From the NCBI RefSeq assembly GCF_001194135.2, contig NC_069003.1, positions 31,226,314 through 31,290,313 on the forward strand: a DNA stretch of 64,000 nt, read 5' to 3'. Positions 50,953-63,037 of this stretch are shown piece after piece. Below the pieces are notes generated by a model that was given only the letters and a program-made list of their open reading frames with translations, made no database searches and was not told where the DNA came from. Each line of letters opens with the position of its first letter. Position 1 is the stretch's first letter. Position numbers and translations under genes: made by a program. Source of the DNA: Octopus bimaculoides. Its lineage: Eukaryota.

Positions 50953-50982
50953 CTTAAATGCAATATGAAGAGCAATCTTCAG
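50953..50982 (-). CDS. Candidate 30-nt micro-exon (LKIALHIAFK)
   Basis: ttttctacattttttcgtgcag|...AAG|gtaatg; only phase 0 is open. Confidence 0.25.
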
Positions 50983-51234
50983 CTGCACGAAAAAATGTAG
51001 AAAAATGTTGTCTCTCTCCTTTCCTCTCTCTGTCTCTCTCTCGCTGTGCCCCTCTCTCTACGTTGAGGGCAACAGTTCTCAAATGCAAAAAGCCAAAGAA
51101 CTGTTAATACATACATATATACAGACATAAAACAGTAGGATGTTTTGAGGGAGATTTGACTGCTATTTCTACCAAGTCTAGCTACCATATAGAAGTCTCC
51201 CTCATTGACTCATACATTCCAAATAGGTTCATAT

Positions 51235-51520
51235 ATTCCATTATCTAAGAGTGTGGGTTCATATCGTATGCCTTATCATAGTCGATCCAAGACATGGCTA
51301 AGTTACTTTTCCTCCTCTTGCAGCCTCTCAGTACAGTTTTGTCTATCAGGGTTGATCCTTGGTACCTCTGCACTTACACTTGCAACCCTTCCGCTCATGT
51401 GGCAGGACTCCATTTTTTTCCAGATGTTCATACATTGACTCTGCGAGTATTCCAGTCAATAATTTCCACATAAGTGGCAAACAGGATATCGGCCTGTAAT
51501 TGTCTACCATATTGCCTTTT
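51235..51520 (-). mobile_element. R4-like LINE RT fragment
   Basis: [47 protein letters not shown]; one frameshift. Confidence 0.88.
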
Positions 51521-51529
51521 TCAATATTT

Positions 51530-51565
<36 letters not shown>

Positions 51566-52534
51566 ACATATAAGGTTATTGTATGTATTTATGTGAATCA
51601 TATACAATATGTATTTTATTAACATACACATAAATGCACATGCACACACACACACATGCATGCACACACATACACATATTCATGTACACACATACAGATG
51701 CACACACCACATATCCAAGCACACACATATGCATGTATATATGTATATATGTATATATGTATATATTTATGTATCGCTCTTTCTTTCTCTATGCATGTGT
51801 GCATGTATGTGTATGTTAATAAAATACATATTGTGTATGATTCACATAAACACATACAATAAGCTTATAAAATTCTACATAGCCTGCAACCACATTGTTA
51901 AGCCTATGTTCTTTGGACTTACGCTACTGTCTTTGATTAATCCTGTATACTTAAAGCTGTGGAATTATTGTCTTAGCACGAGTGTCTTTGAAATATCATT
52001 AATATTCTTGTTGATACTAATGTTTCTTTATATGCAGCAGGGTTTTACAAATGTAATATCAATGAACTGAAAAACTTCAATCAAATGGGATTATCTAATT
52101 AATTAGAAAATTAAAAAAAAGCTCCCTGTTGGGGCTTTAAAATCTTGAACTCATTGGCAGCCTGTTTTATTATAGATGCAGGCATGGCTGCGTGGTAAGA
52201 AGTTTGCTTCTCACTCACATGATTGTGGGTTCAGTCCCAATGCATGACAATGTAGGTGAGTGTTTTTTACTATTGTTCTGCATTAATCAAATTCACTCCT
52301 GTACTTTATTTATTTTAAGTCTGGTATCTGTTCTATCTTTTTTTGTTTTTTGCTGAACCACTAAGTTATGGAGACATAAACAAACCAACACCAGATGTAA
52401 AGCAGTGGTGGAGATAATTCTTTTATTCTTTTACTTGTTTCAGTCATTTGACTGCGGTCATGTTGGAGCACCGCCTCAAAAGGTTTTAGCTGATGAAATA
52501 CTACTTATTCTATCAGTTTTTTTATAAATAACCC

Positions 52535-53210
52535 CTTCAGATACATGTACCCTTCATGTAGTTCTCAGGGATATTCAACATGACACAGAATGTGACAATG
52601 CTGACTCATTGAATTACAGGTGCAACTCATTTTTGCCAGCTGAGTGGACTGGAGTAATGTGAAATGAAATATCTTGCTCAAGAAAGCCATGCACTGCTGG
52701 GAATAGAACACATGATCTTACAATCGTGAGCCAAGTACCTAACCACTAAGCCATGCGCTTTCACTTACCTGGGGAGCATACTTTCAAACAGTGACTGCAG
52801 CAATGCACTGTAACAGTGCATGGTCCAACACCTGACTGGATCTAATATGATAGGTAACGTGAAATAAAGTATCTTGCTCAAGGACAACACAACGCTGGGA
52901 ATGGAATCACAATCTTACAATTATGAGCTGAATACTTAATCGCTAAGCCATGCACCTTCACTCACCTGGAGACAGGGCCGGCTCTAGGGTTGCTGGCACC
53001 CTGGGCAGGCTGAACTTCGGTGTGTACAAGCTGACAGTTGTGGAAATTTCCTTATCTTTGTTGCACCCGCCTTAGTGCCCCTAGTATATAGTGCTCAGGG
53101 TGACTACCCAAGTTTCCAGTACCTTGAGCTGGCCCTGCTTGGGGAATATACTGACAAACAGTGACTGCAGCAATGTGCTTCAACAGTGCATTGCTCCACA
53201 CTTGACATGG
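52535..53210 (-). repeat. Old tandem duplication of a family F head plus about 80 bp of flank
   Basis: CTT(A/C)ACCTGG..AAACAGTGACTGCAGCAATG..AACAGTGCAT at about 52765-52840 and 52961-53205. Confidence 0.7.
52973..53137. mobile_element. hAT-type MITE
   Basis: TIR CAGGGCCGGCTC / GAGCTGGCCCTG; degenerate 8-bp TSD CCTGGAGA / CTTGGGGA; paralogous empty site CCTGGGGA at 52768. Confidence 0.8.
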
Positions 53211-53334
53211 TTTAAAACAATAAATAAGAACCTAATTGTTGGCATTCTATAAAATCGAAATTCTGTTAATCCTTTAGCATTCAGGATTACTCTCCCAAAT
53301 GTAATGCTTATTTATTCACATTGTTTTGAATTCA

Positions 53335-53520
53335 TCATCATCATCATCATCATCGTTTAACGTCCGCTTTCCATGCTAGCATGGGTTGGACGATTTGACT
53401 GAGGACTGGTGAAACCGGATGGCAACACCAGGCTCCAATCTAATTTGGCAGAGTTTCTACAGCTGGATGCCCTTCCTAACGCCAACCACTCAGAGAGTGT
53501 AGTGGGTGCTTTTACGTGTA
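53335..53520 (-). mobile_element. Young family E copy
   Basis: Reverse complement of 49340-49533 with few differences. Confidence 0.9.
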
Positions 53521-53959
53521 TGCATTATCCCATATCTTTGAGATTTTAATGATGTGATTTTGATAATGTGTTGGTTCATTTTTGAAATGGCATTGTTGTG
53601 TAGGTTTGAAAGGCCAGATCTGGTTGATTTGAACATGACATAAAACAGGTAGAATATTTGGGCTGGATATAGCCAGTAAAGAGTTAAACATTCATTCAAT
53701 ACATCATGCGTTATTTCTCTCCTTTACTAATCAAGGAATATGTCACAAGTATGAAAGCCAATCTCTCTGTTAAAAGAATAAAAATGACATTTAAATAACT
53801 ACAATTCAGAATGAAATTGATAAAACATTTATATTCTATTCACACTTAGAGATATGAATGCTATCAATCATGTATTTGTATTTGTTTGTCTGTCTCTCTT
53901 AAGATAGAATTTAAATTATAGATATATGTATGTATGTATGCATGCATGCATGCAAGTGT

Positions 53960-54007
<48 letters not shown>

Positions 54008-54231
54008 TCAGTCATGTGTCATGACTAAATAGGATTAGTCTAGTAATCATTCATGAAGTAAATTGTCAAAGTCAGACTCGGGACGGACACAATATATAAA
54101 AAAGATTTTCGCAAAAAACATTTATTCCCATTTACATAAATCATATATCAGTATTTATATTTATCTATAAATCTGTCCACCTATGTCTCTATCATTATAC
54201 ATACATACATACATATACGCATACATGCATA

Positions 54232-54284
<53 letters not shown>

Positions 54285-54329
54285 NNNNNNNNNNNNNNNN
54301 NNNNNNNNNNNNNNNNNNNNNNNNNNNNN

Positions 54330-54395
<66 letters not shown>

Positions 54396-54714
54396 TATAT
54401 ATAAAGGGTAAAAATTATTCAAAATAATAATTTATAACAGTGGCCAGCATGCATAAAAAATGTCCGTAGACCATAGATATTTTTATTATATATACGCGTG
54501 TATAAATTACACATAAACAAGAGAACCACTAAGTAGTCTCCTTAAATATATGAAGACAGAGACACACACATATGTATGTATGTGTGTATGTATGTATGTA
54601 TGTATGTATGTATGCATATATGTATGTTTGTATGTATGAATTTATGTATGCATTTATGTATGAATGTATGTATGTTTGTATGCATGTATATATATGTGTG
54701 TGTGTGTGTGTGTC

Positions 54715-54870
54715 TGTCTTCATGCTCTGGGTTCAAATCCCACTGAGGTCCACTTTGCCTTTCATCCTTTCAGGATTGATAAAATAAACCCCAGTTGAGC
54801 ACTGACATTCAGGTAAATTGACTTATTCCCTCCCTGAAATTGCTGGCCTTGTGCCAAAATTTGAAACCAT
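54715..54870 (+). mobile_element. SINE family B
   Basis: GGGTTCAAATCCCACTGAGGTCCACTTTGCCTTTCATCC..CCTTGTGCCAAAATTTGAAACC. Confidence 0.75.
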
Positions 54871-55271
54871 TATGTCAAACGAAAGAATTAAAATTTGGTG
54901 ATATATCCATATTACATTACATCGGATTATCTTCCATCTGAAGCCTGCTAAAGTTATATTTATCAAAACCATGCCAATCCTATCCAAACATTTATACCTG
55001 TTTTTACATGTTTATGAAGATTGGAAATGTGTGTACAGTGAATCTTACTATAATCCTTTGTTATTTCTGTCTGTTATAATCTACAATCAAAGATCTGATC
55101 TCATCACTTCTTATGTGTCTTCCTTTGTCACAATTAGGACAAAAGAAGACACATTTACTGACACGGCATGCTAATTTTTCACCAAACATTTATATTTGCA
55201 TAACGAATCCATATGAACGTGGTCACCTCTTCATGTGATACATTTAATGGTTAACTCATTCTTATTGTGTG

Positions 55272-55336
<65 letters not shown>

Positions 55337-55599
55337 NNNNNNNNNNNNNNNNNNNNNNNNNNNNNNNNNNNNNNNNNNNNNNNNNNNNNNNNNNNNNNNN
55401 NNNNNNNNNNNNNNNNNNNNNNNNNNNNNNNNNNNNNNNNNNNNNNNNNNNNNNNNNNNNNNNNNNNNNNNNNNNNNNNNNNNNNNNNNNNNNNNNNNNN
55501 NNNNNNNNNNNNNNNNNNNNNNNNNNNNNNNNNNNNNNNNNNNNNNNNNNNNNNNNNNNNNNNNNNNNNNNNNNNNNNNNNNNNNNNNNNNNNNNNNNN

Positions 55600-55765
55600 A
55601 GGCATAGGAGTGACTGTGTGGTAAGTAGCTTGCCTACCAACCACATGGTTCCGGGTTCAGTCCCACTGCATGGCACCTTGGGCAAGTGTCTTCTACTATA
55701 GCCTTGGGCCGACCAAAGCCTTGTGAGTGGTTTTGGTAGACGGAAACTGAAAGAAGCCTGTCATC
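55600..55765 (+). mobile_element. SINE family A (well preserved)
   Basis: Full head-to-tail match. Confidence 0.88.
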
Positions 55766-57159
55766 TATATATATATATATATATATATATATGAATAATT
55801 CTTTTTGGAACAGTAGATCACATACAGTTATGAATAATAGCAAGTAAATATTAGATTGAAAGCCCTTATGAATAGAAAAAGGGGACGGTTGTCTATTGGA
55901 CATCAACAATGTATAAGGGACTGTTTACTTTAAGCATTGCAGAGTACATCAGAAAAGAGGTGTGTTAAAGGGGTGTTAGTAATACAAATAGAACATTAAA
56001 TATGGAAAATAATAACAAAGCTAGTAATATGTTATCTTAAAATTATTTAATCAGTCCAGATATTTTATGTTTAAAAATCCCTTTTCAAGAATTTATGAAT
56101 GAAACGGGGAGATAAATTATGTGTCCATTTCAGTGGCATGCTGGTTCCTTGTGTGCAGTAATGGAATTACCATGTATTTTAGGGTGTAGAAATTTTGAAG
56201 CTAAAATTTATGTTCTACGGTCTTTTAAGGCGAGAGAAAAGTGAATCAACTGGTTTCATAGTATCCATTAGCAAGCTTTTTTGTTGTTGTTTTTTTGTTT
56301 TTAACTTTGAACTCTTTGTTAATTGCTGGCTTGTGTTTATTTGTTTTTGAATTGCTTTTGTATAGCTTCTTTTATTCACCGATTACTGATATGACAAGCT
56401 TTAGTGTTAATGATAACAGTAATGTACTTGTTTATATTTTTGCATTCTGTAAGATGTTTTTTTAAAAGATGATGCATGTGTCTTCAGAGCATGTGTGTTT
56501 AGAACATGTGCATGTAGAGCGTATGTGTAGAACATGTGTGTTTAGCGCATGTGGGGAATGTGTCAGCAGGCTGGGTCAACCAAAGCCTTGTGAGTGGATT
56601 TCTACAAAATCCACTCACAAGTTTGCTTCCCAACCATGTAGTCAGCGCTACATGAACCCATCAAGCAAATTAAGCACGTGCTTAGAGCATCAAGGGGGTA
56701 CCATAGAAATGGAAATGGTTTATGGCACAAAAGAAATCACTTTAAACTTGCTAAAATAATATTCGTAATTCCTTATCTCTACTAAGTATAGAAGCAGAAG
56801 TTTTATGTAAAATTAATTTTAACGATATCCTCGAAGACTTTGCAATAAAATTTTAAAACCGAAGGAGAAAACTTTAGATATATANNNNNNNNNNNNNNNN
56901 NNNNNNNNNNNNNNNNNNNNNNNNNNNNNNNNNNNNNNNNNNNNNNNNNNNNNNNNNNNNNNNNNNNNNNNNNNNNNNNNNNNNNNNNNNNNNNNNNNNN
57001 NNNNNNNNNNNNNNNNNNNNNNNNNNNNNNNNNNNNNNNNNNNNNNNNNNNNNNNNNNNNNNNNNNNNNNNNTATATATATATATATATATATATATATG
57101 CTGGACCACTGAAATCTACAAGCTTTTTTCAGTCTCTCTCTGTTTATTTTCTCTAATTC

Positions 57160-57195
57160 CTTTCTGTTGAAGAGCGTAGGCTCGAAACGTAAAAT
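57160..57195 (+). ncRNA. Minimal hammerhead-like motif (variant core), probably in a Penelope-type terminal repeat
   Basis: CUGUUGA-A, stem II GAGC-gtag-GCTC, GAAA, palindromic ACGT, GUA; stem I TTT/AAA; A6 is replaced by U. Confidence 0.4.
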
Positions 57196-57334
57196 ACTTT
57201 TTCATTTTCCTGAGTGTCAAACTAATACACTTGCTTGTTGTTCCTACACATGTCTTTGTCTTTTGCTTTTCTATAAATTTCAGCTATATATCATCATCAT
57301 CATCATTGTTTAACAATCGCTTTCCATGCTGGCT

Positions 57335-57374
<40 letters not shown>

Positions 57375-57714
57375 GATGGCTTAATATTAGTTGACTCATG
57401 TGAAAAAACTTCTGGTTGTTGAACAATACATGTAAAAATAAAGTGATTAAAAAATAATGGTATATATTATTTGCTTGTATTTTTCTTTTGCACATTTTTA
57501 TTATTTTGACAGGCAAAAGAAAAAGAAAAAAAATAGAATATCTTCTTGTTTCTTTTGTTTCTTGTTTGGAAAATATCTTTGATATATTTGTCTTTTTGTA
57601 ACTTTTATAGAACTTCAAACAAAATAAACTTTAAAATGTTTAGGCAACACACAAACAAAATTAGAATTTGTATCAATAGACTTGGCTAAATCATTGAACC
57701 AATCATAAAAATAT

Positions 57715-58100
57715 GGATGCATGTGTGTATGTATGGGTGTGTGTGTGTGTATATATGTGTTTGTATGTATGAATGGATGGATGGATATATTATGTATGTA
57801 TGTATGTATGCACGTATCAATGTATTTATATATGCATGTATGTATTATGTATGTATTTATGTATACATGCATGCATGCGTGTATGAATGTATTGTATGTA
57901 TGTATGTATGTATGTATATATATATATGTATGTATGTATGTATGCATGTATGTATGCATGTACGTATATACATACATGTATGCATATATGTACATACATG
58001 TATGTATGTACATATATACATACATACATGTGTGTATGTACATACATACACACACACACACACATAAGTATGTATGTATCTATGTTTGAATGTATGTATG
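57715..58100. repeat. Compound (TATG)/(TG)n microsatellite
   Basis: Direct reading. Confidence 0.93.
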
Positions 58101-58299
58101 TATGTTTGTTACCAAACCACCCAAAGCTGCCCAAAATGAGCTTTTCTTATCCAAATGAGAATTTCAGTACAAATCTCGAAAACATATGATTTCACTATGC
58201 AAACGATTGAGTTAGACTGTCTTGTATTATTTTACATAATATCTGAGCTCTGCAAATTTTGGGTGATTTTTTTTTTTTTTTCTGTTTTTACCCACTGTA

Positions 58300-58530
58300 T
58301 GTGTGCATGTGTATGTTTGTGTGTCTGTGTTTGTCCCCCCAACATTGCTTGACAACCAATGCTGGTGTGTTTATGTCCTTGTAATCTAGTGGTTCAGCAA
58401 AAGAGACCGACAGAATGAGTACTGGTCTTACATACAATAAGTCCTGATATCGATTTGCTTGACTAAAGGCCATGCCCCAGCATGGCAGCAGTAAAATGAC
58501 TGAAACAAGTAAAATAAAAGAGTAAAAGAG
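58300..58530 (+). mobile_element. SINE family D
   Basis: TGTTTGTCCCCCAACATTGCTTGACAACC..CAAAAGAGACCGA..GACTGAAACAAGTAAAA. Confidence 0.8.
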
Positions 58531-59131
58531 TAATCCATCTAAAGAAAATACCATTCTGAACATCATTCTTATTATTGGTATTATTATTCTTGTAAAAGAC
58601 AGTCAATCCAACAGAAAACTTTGAAATAACCATCAAGTTTTACAAAACATTAATTGGTCCATTTCTATAACAAAGGGTTTTTGGATCTTATGTTTTTTTT
58701 TTATTATTATTCCTCTGTCATGATATAAAATTATATGGGAATCTATGTTAGTGTGCATTCGGCTACTTGTGGATAAAGCAGCTTACATGTGCCATAAAAA
58801 GATGTACTATTAGAAGCTATCAAAGAAATCAGTAGAAATTCTAAAACTGGATGACAGTTCAGGTGTATGTCATTTTACGTTTCCTTTCCTTTTATTTCTG
58901 TCTATTTATTGATTTTTCTTAACGCTGTATTGAATTACGGTCCTTATTTCAAAAAAAAAAAAAAAAAAAAAAAATCAGGTAGGTAGGTAAAAATAAAAAT
59001 AAAAATAAAAATAAAAAAGAAGGCAAAGTGAAAAATGAAATGAAATGAAATGAAATGAAAAGAAGAGAAAATAAGGAAATGATCTTGGATTTTAATTACG
59101 TTGCTGTCACAAGCAGAATTCTATGAAATAC

Positions 59132-59202
59132 TTATAGAGTAGTTTGGTGTCAACTAAGGAGATTGGAAATTCTTTTAAGTAGTCGATTCTAGCTTCATCC
59201 AT
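59132..59202 (-). CDS. Candidate first coding exon MDEARIDYLKEFPISLVDTKLLY, unknown gene
   Basis: aattATGG Kozak-like context, upstream in-frame stop, donor TAA|gtattt, next to a CpG-richer non-repetitive segment. Confidence 0.2.
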
Positions 59203-59789
59203 AATTAATTTTGTCTCAAAGAAGAAAAATCAAGAGCGTCGTTATAATGATGAACGCTGCTGTGTTTTCAATACGTGGGTTTCAGAAATTGCTCATTACA
59301 ATGACTGTAAATGAACGCTTCATGTTTATTCATTGATATGAAATACAAAGCCGTCAATTTGATCTTTTGTGTTTGTCGAGCGTGTATGCCCACTTGTCGT
59401 TTAATATGAAGAAGCCAGCGTCTGTGATTGAATAGGGCATTATCGGTATAGAACCGGTTGCTTTTAATCACAATGCCTGAACTGGAATCTTACAAAAGAA
59501 CTATAAAGTTTTAAACTTTAACCGAACTATGGTGATTTGCTGATATCTGATTATACTGTGATAGATATAATCATTGTACAATTGACAGCAGATTACTACT
59601 GTCTTCTAATTGGTTAGGATTGCATTGAAACAAACAAACAAACAAACAAAAAAGTAAAGACCGATTATTGCTCTGATGACAAATATTGTGGTGGAGAATA
59701 GTCTTTGAAATAAACAAAATTGAAGTGTTTCAATAATTCAGTTTTTAATCATAAAATCAAGTTTAGTTTTAAAACACATCTTGTGGATG

Positions 59790-60330
59790 TTCTAGGATGC
59801 ATCATCAGTTTCTGGGGTCTGAGGAAGTTTCATGCCTTTCAGCATCAAACATTATCAAGCAGTTGAGCCAATAGGGATTGGTCAATTCCCAGCTTGCATC
59901 CCAGCAACAACAAACCAATGGTCTCCACTCATTGTTCAAAGTTACCTAACTTCAATGCTTACAGCCCTCATCTTTGTTGTTCTAGTAACACCAAGCCCAG
60001 TCCAAATTTTATAGAATGAATGCCCCACAAAACATCCACAGCCTACTTCAGTTGCCTCACAATGCACCTGCCAGCTCGGATTTCTGCACTGCTCTACCAA
60101 TTCCTGGTATTTGGCAAGCTTCCTCATGTGGGTCTCCTCCATACATTCCTCCCAATTCTCAAACGATTACTTGTTTCATGGAATTTGAGATCACTATATC
60201 TGGGCTGAGTGCTGCTGGTTCAATGTAATCTATCAAAAGATGAAGAAATTTTGATTCTCTGTGTTTCAGTTCTGTCCTCATCCAAACAAGGTTATTTGAC
60301 TCGCAAGAAATAGCAGCTAAAAAGGCAGAA
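59790..60330 (-). mobile_element. HERO/NeSL-like non-LTR retrotransposon 3' remnant (REL endonuclease)
   Basis: LSPDIVISNSMKQVI../MEETHMRKLAKYQELVEQCRNPSWQVHCEATEVGCGCFVGHS. Confidence 0.75.
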
Positions 60331-60667
60331 TGTGGAGGTAACTATTCTTTTTAGGATGCAGCCTTAAATGACTTTCCTTTGGATGCAGCCTTAGATGTTT
60401 ACAGATGTTGTAGACCCATTGTCTCAGATGTAGTCTCGGATTTCAAATGTGGATCTCTCTCAAGCTGTCAGTGTCAGCAGCTATTGGGACCTGAAATTGG
60501 AACCTTGTGAGTCCTGGAGCTGTAATACCTTAAGATCTTAAGGTAGCACCTACCTTAAGATGGCATTTAACAAGATGGCTGATACTGGAGTGCCTTTTCA
60601 TAAAATACCTGTCAGCTAACCAGGGCTGACACCAACTACAACAATATAATTTGAACTTCGAAATTTT

Positions 60668-60715
<48 letters not shown>

Positions 60716-61384
60716 GCAATAACAATAATAATAGCTCATGTTTTGATACTGGACAAATCTATATCATAATTACTTCCACAAAGATTAACATGAAGGAATT
60801 TAATATTTCAAATTTTGTTTTCAAATAACTGCTTTGCTGACTATATTCAAATGCTATTAGGTACCAACATTTATCAAAGCAGCAACAAGAAGAAGAAGAA
60901 GAAGAAGAAGTAAACAGACTTAAATTAAGTTATAAAACAAAATAAAAACAAGAATTCATGCTACGATACACTTCAACCGAACTGGAACACAATTAGAAGA
61001 AATATTTCATCACTCCCCAGTAATGAATTTTAAATGGCACTTATGCAGTGCTGTTGGTTTATTTCAACACAAATGCTTTTAAAATTATTATCCTGATTGC
61101 TTGAAAAATATTTAGAACTTTGATATAATAGAACACATAGAAAACAATTAAATCATCTGTCCTTGTTTCCCAAGTTTCTGTGGCCATGCTGCAGCAATGC
61201 GGTTTATGGTATAGGTGATTATATTGAACCAGCAGCACTCACCGTATTTCTTTTATTTCAGCAAATCATAATGAATTCGTTGGCCTTGGAAAGATGAAAG
61301 AAAAAGTCGGTGCTTATTAATTCATTGTTAAAGCCTAAACATCTAAACAGTCATTTATTCATTAATTTATTCATTTATTTACAC

Positions 61385-61476
61385 CAGCATGGCTGTGTAG
61401 TAAGAAGTTTGCTTCTCAATCACATGGTTTCAGGTTCAGTTTCATTGTGTGGTTGTCTTCGACAAGTGTCTTCTAG
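61385..61476 (+). mobile_element. SINE family A 5' part
   Basis: GCATGGCTGTGTAGTAAGAAG..GGTTTCAGGTTCAG. Confidence 0.75.
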
Positions 61477-61509
61477 CTTTTGAATGACACCACTCTGCTG
61501 GTTAGGTGT

Positions 61510-61542
<33 letters not shown>

Positions 61543-61562
61543 GACATAGACATATATATATA

Positions 61563-61700
61563 ATGGGCTTCTTTCAGTTTCTGTCTACCAAATCCACTCA
61601 TAAGGCTTTGGTTGGCCTGAGGCTATAGCAGAAGACATTTGCCCAAGGTGCCACACAGTGGGACTGAACCTGAAACCATGTGGTTGAGAAGCAAGCCTCT
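61563..61700 (-). mobile_element. SINE family A
   Basis: GGGCTTCTTTCAGTTTCTGTCTACCAAATCC..GAACCTGAAACCATGTGGTTGAGAAGCAAG. Confidence 0.85.
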
Positions 61701-62289
61701 TATATATATATATATATATATATTCATAAGTATCTTATTATAGATTGTTCGATATGTACACTCTGTTGCCATATAAAATTTCATTTCACACCAAATCATC
61801 TGAATCTGAAAGCGCCATTAATAAAGAATATGATAATGGATAGAGGAATATGCCAATTTACAGCTTTTGGTATTGATACAGTGTGTGAATACTGTCACCA
61901 GTGACCAACAAAAACCATTGACGTAAAAGTAAAATACTGAAGCTGATGTTGAGGTGCCTTGTGTAACATTATGATGTGTTTTTTTTTGTTTTTAAATTTT
62001 TTATTAATAACATTTAGTTTTAAGTGGAAATGGAAAGCAACCTGGGAAATTCAGAATGAATAATCAATTTGAACATAAAACCTCAAACCAGCAATTATGC
62101 AATTTTTTTTTTTTTAATATATATATTTTTCTCATCCAATAGATCAGCATCTAACATGGCTTTGTGGTAAGAAGTTTGCTTCCAAACTACATGGTCTTGG
62201 GTTCAATTCCTTTGCATGGCACCCTAGCAGAGCTAGATTAAGACCCATTGAGACCCTAAGCACTTAAAAGATTTTGGTGTCCCCATATA

Positions 62290-62451
62290 CCGTATTTTAA
62301 CATGTATAAGGAACCCTTTTTTTTTTGTCAAAAATTAGGTTTAAAAATTTTGAGATCTTCTTATTCATGGATAGTATTATAATCCCTTACAAAACCTTTT
62401 TTTCAGATTTTAAGCTCCCAAAATTAGGTGCATGTACACGCTAAAATACCG
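62290..62451. mobile_element. pogo/Tc2-like MITE
   Basis: TA-CCGTATTTTAACATGTATA / GTACACGCTAAAATACCG-TA. Confidence 0.6.
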
Positions 62452-62540
62452 TATATGTAATTCAAAATATAAACCATAAAATTATTTTTTTATTTTTTTC
62501 ATTTCAAAATGAAATAAGATGGAAAATAATGTGATATTCA

Positions 62541-62720
62541 AAGGCAGCGAGCTGGCAGAATCGTTAGCACGCCGGGCGAAATGCTTAACAGCATCTCATC
62601 TGCTGTTACGTTCTGAGTTCAAATTCTGCCGAGGTCGACTTTGGCCTTTCATCCTTTCGGAGGTCGATAAATTAAGTACCAGTTATGCACTGGGGTCGAC
62701 TTAATTGACTGCCCCCCCCC
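62541..62720 (+). mobile_element. SINE family B
   Basis: AAGGCAGCGAGCTGGCAGAATCGTTAGCACGCCGGGCGAAATGCTTA..; runs into a gap. Confidence 0.88.
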
Positions 62721-62991
62721 NNNNNNNNNNNNNNNNNNNNNNNNNNNNNNNNNNNNNNNNNNNNNNNNNNNNNNNNNNNNNNNNNNNNNNNNNNNNNNNN
62801 NNNNNNNNNNNNNNNNNNNNNNNNNNNNNNNNNNNNNNNNNNNNNNNNNNNNNNNNNNNNNNNNNNNNNNNNNNNNNNNNNNNNNNNNNNNNNNNNNNNN
62901 NNNNNNNNNNNNNNNNNNNNNNNNNNNNNNNNNNNNNNNNNNNNNNNNNNNNNNNNNNNNNNNNNNNNNNNNNNNNNNNNNNNNNNNNNNN

Positions 62992-63037
<46 letters not shown>

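Noticed and set aside
52763-52780. U1 snRNA-like 5' end ACTTACCTGG
   Set aside because: Only about 10 nt match and no U1 body follows; it is equally a reversed splice-donor consensus within a duplicated segment
61241-61282. 42-nt minus-strand segment with strong acceptor and ACG|gtgagt donor
   Set aside because: Stops in all three frames and the acceptor derives from SINE B-like sequence; could only be a UTR exon
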